Shown: piece by piece, positions 56,121 through 61,690 of the stretch
Layout of the letters: each line of letters starts with the position of its first letter
How positions within the stretch are numbered: the stretch's first letter is position 1
Position numbers and translations under genes: made by a program
The notes under the pieces: model-generated
Told to the model about the DNA's origin: nothing
Databases searched by the model: none
What the model saw: the letters and a program-made list of their open reading frames with translations, nothing else
DNA from: a virus
Lineage: Duplodnaviria; Caudoviricetes
DNA: 61,690 nt
Virus record (IMG/VR): IMGVR_UViG_3300029986_000019
Span: 1 to 61,690 of that record
Reading direction: 5' to 3' (one strand)

Positions 56121-56945
56121 CTACATCGTATGGTCTAGAGGTAGATGAGGTTCACCTTCAAAGTTTGGTGTGGGTTGTTTAGCTTTACAGGTTTCTGCTG
56201 AATGATCACCATACTGTAGATTATTGATTGGTTCTAGTATACTGTCAAGTATAGCCTTTTGTTTTTGAGTTAATGGGTTGTTCTTTAAGTATTCTCTGTC
56301 TGAGGTAGACAATATAAAAATACCGTACTCTTTAGGTTCTACTGGATAGGACCAGTGTTTAGTTGGGTTTTCCTTTTCATACTGTAGTCTTCGTAGTTCA
56401 CCTACTAGGAAGTTAGCCAGTGTAGTGTCTGGTGTGTCTAGTTTAGTGTCAATGCCATGATAGTTAATGATTGCAGCTAGATCATCAACAAATGTTCGTT
56501 GGTTTGATGTTTCTGCATAACCTTTAGTCTGTGGTTCGTGATTACAATCACAGTACTGATTAGTATTATGGTTAGTGTCTAGACCTAAACCTATCCAATC
56601 TACTACAATGTAGTGAACAAACATGTTGCATAGCTTAAGGTGATGAGTGCCGGGTAGTAATTTGGCTACAGTCTTGTCTACTCCTAGTGGTAGGTCTTTC
56701 TTTAGTGAGCAGTTGCAGACTTTAGGTTGAGGTTGGGGTTCAGTGTTAGGGTTAGGGTTAGGGTTAGGTTCGGATTGCTGCCAGCCTATTGTTGATGTCG
56801 TTGATGTTGGACTATACACTGGACAATCTGTTTGGTGAGCAGAGTTTGGTGCATCAGACCAAGTTATTGGGGCTAGTTTGTGCATAGCTTTTACCCATTT
56901 TGATCTATGGTTTGGTTTACAGATGCAATTACTTATGTCAGTCAT
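56121..56945 (-). CDS. Hypothetical protein with CxC..H..C repeats and a Pro-Asn linker
   Basis: CIC..H..C, CNC..H..C, CDC; IN.HGID..LDTPD..LA.FL. Confidence 0.7.
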   Translation of the reverse strand: MTDISNCICKPNHRSKWVKAMHKLAPITWSDAPNSAHQTDCPVYSPTSTTSTIGWQQSEPNPNPNPNTEPQPQPKVCNCSLKKDLPLGVDKTVAKLLPGTHHLKLCNMFVHYIVVDWIGLGLDTNHNTNQYCDCNHEPQTKGYAETSNQRTFVDDLAAIINYHGIDTKLDTPDTTLANFLVGELRRLQYEKENPTKHWSYPVEPKEYGIFILSTSDREYLKNNPLTQKQKAILDSILEPINNLQYGDHSAETCKAKQPTPNFEGEPHLPLDHTM

Positions 56946-56984
56946 GGTGTTTGGTTTCCTTCGTTACGGGAGGGATTAGTTGTT

Positions 56985-57520
56985 AGACTAGAGTTTAGAC
57001 TAGAGAAAGTTTGATAGTTGGAAATTTTACATATTTTTGTGATGAGGGTCATCCTAAACTCTAGTTTAGTAAAGATTTGGTGTATACTCTAGATGTATAA
57101 GGTTTTATTTATAAAATCCATCCTAAAGTCTAGAGTAAAGAACATTTCAACTATACCCTAGATAAGTATGGGACCTACCTGCCCTCCCGACCTTCATATG
57201 AAAAGGGGGATACCCCCACCATAGACTCTATAGTGACTGTAATATCATGCTAGAGTTTAGGCTAATCTCATGCTAATGTTTAGGGTAATTACTACGCATA
57301 CTCACTGCATAGTTTAGGGTTAATTGGCCCTATGGTCTAGCTACTATAGTATATATACTATAGGACTAGCAAGGGCCAAACTCTACGGCGGGAAGGCTAG
57401 AGTTTAGGCTTAATTAGTCTAGAGTTTAGGGTAAATAGTGTCTCATATTTGTCTCAATGGGCTTGAAACAAATAACCAAACTAGAGTATAGTCTCATTAA
57501 TCAAACCTAAACTCTAGAAA
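56985..57520. repeat. Cluster of CTAGAGTTTAG-like repeats in a non-coding gap
   Basis: About 10 exact or degenerate copies in both orientations (e.g. ~56988, 57054, 57250, 57398, 57419, 57507). Confidence 0.7.
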
Positions 57521-58371
57521 AATATTGATGGTTATACCACTCCAAACTATGCGCTATTTTGTCCTATCCACGAACTATCTACATGGTCCACCATGGCACT
57601 GCCGGCCTATCCTGCGCCTATCATGCCGGCCTATGATACGCTCAACAATCACTAGTCTACGACGACTAACCTATCGTTGTCAAGTCCGAATAATTCTAAC
57701 GAATTATGAACAGTTATTGATAGTTATTGACACTCCATCTATGCGTCCATCCAAATGCCTCAATCTGTATTAAACTATCTCATATTCGTGTCACATTAAC
57801 CCGTCAAACACCCGTCAATCAAGCCGGCATATCCTATAGCCTACTACTAACTAGACTATACGTTCTACCTACTAATCATACTATACACTCTAGTCTAGTT
57901 ACTAATAACTATACTACACGTTCTATCTAATCTACTCACTATACTGTAGTGTCTAGTTATCTTCGCTAGTGTGTGACTACTACCGTAGTATAAAGTATGC
58001 ACTAAACCCTATACTAGTTGTATGGTCACTACAGAGACATTACAGGCTATTCCTAAAAACCATGATATTGTACTCATTGTGTAATTTACTCTGTACAGAC
58101 TAAACTAGACCGTATGGTCTACTACCCCATATTCACCCCATACCCTAACTAAGTGTAGACTATACACTAACTCTGCTCATTATCACACTACAATCAACGC
58201 ACACATGCCTAAAAACCTACGTATAGGCAATCACTCCACAAAACCGCTATACCCGTCTCAAAACGCACTACAGGGCCGCGTAGAGCCATGTCCATAATCC
58301 TGCCTTATTCCACAAAATCCTACCCGACATATCCATTATGACCTATCCCATCTATAGCCCATCTATCCAGA

Positions 58372-58403
58372 CAAAAAAAAAGACTGTACCGAAGTACAGT
58401 CTA
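58372..58403 (-). terminator. Intrinsic terminator
   Basis: Minus strand AGACTGTAC-TTCG-GTACAGTCT followed by a T run. Confidence 0.9.
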
Positions 58404-58430
58404 ATCTCTATTTTCGTCTCTCTCAAAAAT

Positions 58431-58682
58431 CTACGCGGAAATCTCTACTAAGTCCCTTTTCAATCCAGTAGGGACCATGTACATACCTACTACCCCATTG
58501 TACTGACTAAACCATATCCCATTGTTCCTATGCAGACCATTCAGTTCGTAGACAAGCATTTTAGCTTGCTTAAGTCTAGTTACCTCCGCCAGTTTAGATC
58601 CATCAGGATTGAAAACGTTCCATGTTCTCACTTTCCCGCCTAGTGTCCGATACCCTACTGCCCATGTGTACTCTGATTTCAT
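58431..58682 (-). CDS. Hypothetical early protein
   Basis: 83 aa, upstream RBS-like sequence, followed by a terminator. Confidence 0.65.
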   Translation of the reverse strand: MKSEYTWAVGYRTLGGKVRTWNVFNPDGSKLAEVTRLKQAKMLVYELNGLHRNNGIWFSQYNGVVGMYMVPTGLKRDLVEISA

Positions 58683-58828
58683 AATTCTATACCTTTCCTT
58701 AGAACCAATACTTACGTGGTTGCATTATCCAGACTAGCAAACACACTATTGCCAGTATGCATAGCATCCTAATTAGACACTCTGCTATGCTACCTGAAAG
58801 TAACCATTCCAACATTGCATTCACCACA

Positions 58829-59062
58829 TCAGTTACCTCCCGAAAACCGAACAATACTAGTGATGTCAACTTGCACATCAGATTGATACCCTTTAGCTGT
58901 ATTCACTACAAACTGTTCTGTAATATCACTTTCACGAAGTACCAATGCTACACTATAGTCTATTTGCGCTATGCAAGTAAATCTATCCGTATAACATTGG
59001 CTCATGTGATTGTAAAACGACTGAGCACATGTTACATGTGCAAACGTAAACTTTATAGTCAT
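58829..59062 (-). CDS. Hypothetical early protein
   Basis: 77 aa, downstream of the promoter at 59164-59193. Confidence 0.55.
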   Translation of the reverse strand: MTIKFTFAHVTCAQSFYNHMSQCYTDRFTCIAQIDYSVALVLRESDITEQFVVNTAKGYQSDVQVDITSIVRFSGGN

Positions 59063-59163
59063 TTTGTTACCTTTGTTTCCTGCGGTTCTGAGCCGCTAAA
59101 TTGTCAATGTGGCAGAATACCGGTTCAATACTGGTGTAGCTCGTCTATGCAAGCTACACGGTC

Positions 59164-59193
59164 ATTCTAACACCATTCCACAATCTTTGTCAA
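59164..59193 (-). promoter_or_regulatory. sigma70-type promoter
   Basis: TTGACA-18 nt-TAGAAT with an extended TG. Confidence 0.75.
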
Positions 59194-59296
59194 GTCCACT
59201 TGGCGAACTATCCGAACATCCGCAAAAATGGCGGATATTTTTCTGGGAATGAATTATATGGTCCGCGTCCGATTGCGACCGGTCTATAGTTCAGAC

Positions 59297-59330
59297 AAAA
59301 AAAAGGAACTAACCATTTGATTAGTTCCTT
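59297..59330 (-). terminator. Intrinsic terminator
   Basis: Minus strand GGAACTAATC..GGTTAGTTCC-T8. Confidence 0.85.
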
Positions 59331-59351
59331 CTGTTCAATCCTATGTAGTGT

Positions 59352-59642
59352 CTAGTTTGCGCCGTATTGCTCATTGAAGCATTTTTCTGAACAGTAGCAC
59401 TCTTTACCCTGTTCTAACACTTGCGCCTCAAGCATATTCCAAAACGTACTACTGTCAGTGTTACCACCAAAATACTCTGCTTCAACTTCTGCCTTGACGG
59501 TCAGATATAGTTGTTTGTCAATTACAGCTATGCACTTGCTTGCGATATCCTTACTATCGCCGCAATGGTCACAAACAAAGTCGCGATACGACTTCTTGAT
59601 TGTAATACGTCGTAGATTGTCGAGATATAGATAGTTCGCCAT
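59352..59642 (-). CDS. Hypothetical early Cys-rich protein
   Basis: CDHCG ... YCSEKC (TRASH-like) motif. Confidence 0.65.
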   Translation of the reverse strand: MANYLYLDNLRRITIKKSYRDFVCDHCGDSKDIASKCIAVIDKQLYLTVKAEVEAEYFGGNTDSSTFWNMLEAQVLEQGKECYCSEKCFNEQYGAN

Positions 59643-59685
59643 GGAGTACCCCGTTCGTTTAAAGTCCGATGGACTAATACCTAAG

Positions 59686-59715
59686 ACTATACTCTAGTCT
59701 GCTAATCCTTGTCAA
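59686..59715 (-). promoter_or_regulatory. sigma70-type promoter
   Basis: TTGACA-18 nt-TATAGT. Confidence 0.75.
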
Positions 59716-59726
59716 GCCCTTAGACC

Positions 59727-59759
59727 AAAAAAAAACCTACTCTCATTTTGAGAGTAGGC
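59727..59759 (-). terminator. Intrinsic terminator
   Basis: Minus strand GCCTACTCTC-AAAAT-GAGAGTAGGT followed by a T run. Confidence 0.85.
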
Positions 59760-59782
59760 TATAGTGTTTGGTTCGTCGTCGG

Positions 59783-60814
59783 CTATTTGCGAATTGGTGC
59801 CCTGCGAACGGCCTTTTTAGGCGCGCTAACAACCGGGTACAGAGTAAGTAGTTCTTCGTTGATACCGGTTAGCTTGCTAGTCTTTGGATTGACTATCTTA
59901 GCCTTGTCGGCATGCATCCAATGTTCAGGCTCGGAGTAGTAATCAACATACCCGGCAAGGTCATAAACGTCGTTATCGAGTTCACTTAGCGACTTACCGA
60001 AGATTTGGTATTCAAAGTCTTTAGGTTCCTCAATTACGCTATCCTCAACTTGCTTGCTGAACCGTTCCTCAGCTTGATACAATCGCTCTACACTCTTGTA
60101 GTAGCTGTTTTGACCAATCGGCGTGTAAGGATGTGACTTAGCATGTTCAATGCTGTACGCTAGACTACCTATCGCATTGTTAATCTGCGATAGTGCATAC
60201 TGTAGCTTATCACCTTCGCCGAAATTGTGCCAAACTTCGCGACCGTATCGCTCTTCTTTTGAAACCGGTTCGGCAACAACTTTAGGTTGCCTTGCCGTTG
60301 CAGTAGACTTCGGAGTGCTAGCACTTGCACTTGCCGTTGCAGTAATGCCGTTAGCCTTATTGTATGCACCCTTCGCTCTTGCATACCCCATGCGGTGGCC
60401 TTTTACAACCTTGGCATATTCCTCTGCTGTCTGCTTGCGTGTTTTGGCCGGAGTAGGATTATCTTCAAGCCATTGATCAATGGTCATAAACTCTTTTGGA
60501 GTTTTAGCCTTGACCGTAGGTTTTGCAATCGTTTGTGTACCCTTCGCAATGCTTGCGGCTGGTATCTTCGCCGTTCGTGCAGTAGACTTTACGGCAATTC
60601 CTGCTTTAATAGCGGGATCAAAATCCTCATCAGTGTCAGCAGGTTCATTCGCTTGTGCTTTAGCTTGAGCGTTGACTAGTCCTTTGACTTTGCCAAGTAC
60701 ACTTGTACCCTGCTTGACTGTCCATAGACCGTTAATCAGTGCAAGTACGTACTTTCCTGCATTTCCAACAGCAGTATAGCCACCGGAAGTGTTTTTTTTC
60801 CATATGAGTTCCAT
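59783..60814 (-). CDS. Early protein with Ala/Lys/Thr-rich linkers
   Basis: 343 aa; codon and base composition differ from the bulk of the genome. Confidence 0.75.
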   Translation of the reverse strand: MELIWKKNTSGGYTAVGNAGKYVLALINGLWTVKQGTSVLGKVKGLVNAQAKAQANEPADTDEDFDPAIKAGIAVKSTARTAKIPAASIAKGTQTIAKPTVKAKTPKEFMTIDQWLEDNPTPAKTRKQTAEEYAKVVKGHRMGYARAKGAYNKANGITATASASASTPKSTATARQPKVVAEPVSKEERYGREVWHNFGEGDKLQYALSQINNAIGSLAYSIEHAKSHPYTPIGQNSYYKSVERLYQAEERFSKQVEDSVIEEPKDFEYQIFGKSLSELDNDVYDLAGYVDYYSEPEHWMHADKAKIVNPKTSKLTGINEELLTLYPVVSAPKKAVRRAPIRK

Positions 60815-60911
60815 TTGTTTATAGTTCCTATCTTTTTGTGATTGCGATTGCGATTAGACTAAGGATAGAACAGGCTAAACTAGTCTAGTGTTTAGCCTGT
60901 CATGAAGTAGA

Positions 60912-61145
60912 CTACTTACCGATAACGTTGACACTGATTGATACATCCAAACCAGCGTATTCAATACCCGCATCCTTAAATCCACTTGTAGTAGCAATGA
61001 TCTTGCTTTTGCCACTAGCGGACGGTTTAGGTACCTTATTGACTGGCAACGTAATGACAATGTAACCATTCTCGATTACTGTACCCTCAGTGAGGGTAGA
61101 CTTTGCAGTGCTTGCAGTGTTTGCGGATGTTTTTGCGACGGCCAT
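60912..61145 (-). CDS. Small early protein (PSASGKS..IATT.G motif)
   Basis: AAGGA RBS; IVITLP..PKPSASGKSKIIATTSG..ISVNV pattern, which I recall from small conserved bacterial and phage proteins. Confidence 0.75.
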   Translation of the reverse strand: MAVAKTSANTASTAKSTLTEGTVIENGYIVITLPVNKVPKPSASGKSKIIATTSGFKDAGIEYAGLDVSISVNVIGK

Positions 61146-61430
61146 TTGATTAAGTTCCTTGTGTGTAGTGTGTGTGGTGATTAGATAGTTTTACAATGAT
61201 CTATACTCTAGCGTGTCATGTAGACACATTCAAGCGAATATAGTTGACACTGTAACTATAGAATTGTTGCAATTAACCGTGTAGTACGTTGCATGACGGG
61301 GTATAGCTGTCCCCGGCATACTTCCAGACCTACCCGGCAACGCTTGCTAACGTTTATAACCGAAATTGAATACAATGCACTAACCGTGTCTACTTTAGGG
61401 TAGCTTACGTTAGCGTATTGAGCATGAGAC

Positions 61431-61460
61431 ATAGTAGCATACCTTCTCAATTCTTGTCAA
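61431..61460 (-). promoter_or_regulatory. sigma70-type early promoter
   Basis: TTGACA (61455-61460)-18 nt-TACTAT with an extended TG and an AT-rich UP tract. Confidence 0.75.
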
Positions 61461-61690
61461 GCCTATTTTCGAAAATAACTAAAAATAGTTTTGATCCATC
61501 TAGATTTACTCTAGATCCCATCTAAGCCACACAAAAAAAAGACTACCCGGTTAAGAGTAGTCTTTTTTTTTTTGTTTAAGGCGATCTAGAGGTAAATGTT
61601 ACCAGTTAACACTCTGAGTCTCATAATAGTACTTATCGCCTTCCCGATAGATACCTACTTCCGACAAAGACAAATGGTTCCAGAGTTCTA
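61455..61690. repeat. Terminal direct repeat, right copy
   Basis: Matches 1-235. Confidence 0.95.

Noticed and set aside
56746-56768. Telomere-like (TTAGGG)n run
   Set aside because: It encodes the Pro-Asn linker (PNPNPN) of the minus-strand ORF; only about four units.
445-60679. Plus-strand ORFs in the track
   Set aside because: Nearly all are antisense shadows of well-supported minus-strand genes, with no recognisable motifs.
1-61690. Stop-codon reassignment suggested by TAG abundance
   Set aside because: Core genes are full length in the standard code and many end in TAG; the tRNA anticodon is UAG (Leu), not a CUA suppressor.

Overview
The window looks like a complete, circularly closed genome (~61.45 kb) of a long-tailed (siphovirus-like) dsDNA phage. 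Bases 1-235 recur at 61455-61690. Essentially all credible genes are on the minus strand. Reading in transcription direction: (i) short early cassettes, each with a sigma70-type promoter and terminator (58.4-61.5 kb and 0.1-0.8 kb); (ii) a 1.5-kb repeat-rich non-coding gap (57-58.4 kb); (iii) a late block with NlpC/P60 lysin, terS, terL, portal, MuF-like protein, scaffold, decoration protein, capsid, neck, tail tube, a chaperone with a -1 frameshift, tape measure, an RcGTA-type tail tip and holin (56.9-27 kb); (iv) a replication/recombination block with SNF2 helicase, RuvC-like nuclease, family-4 UDG, Cas4/RecB-like exonuclease, tRNA-Leu, Sak4, SSB-like protein, PolA, primase-helicase, and SLOG/NADAR/DUF4326 genes (26.6-1.6 kb). 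I recognised no integrase or CI-type repressor. Five observations stand out. First, an asymmetric motif (TTTYTCTGGGARTGA) is scattered about 30 times, usually with a CG-rich patch on one side, in an otherwise CTAG/TA-rich and CG-poor genome. Second, an SSB-like protein carries four acidic-linked Tudor/KOW-like modules, and many replication proteins carry basic-Phe terminal tags (a possible scaffold/client system). Third, DnaJ-type zinc fingers are inserted in several replication enzymes. Fourth, the tRNA-Leu(UAG) has a 46-nt variable arm. Fifth, two homologous inverted-repeat elements bracket the replication block. All family assignments come from motif recognition by eye, not database searches.
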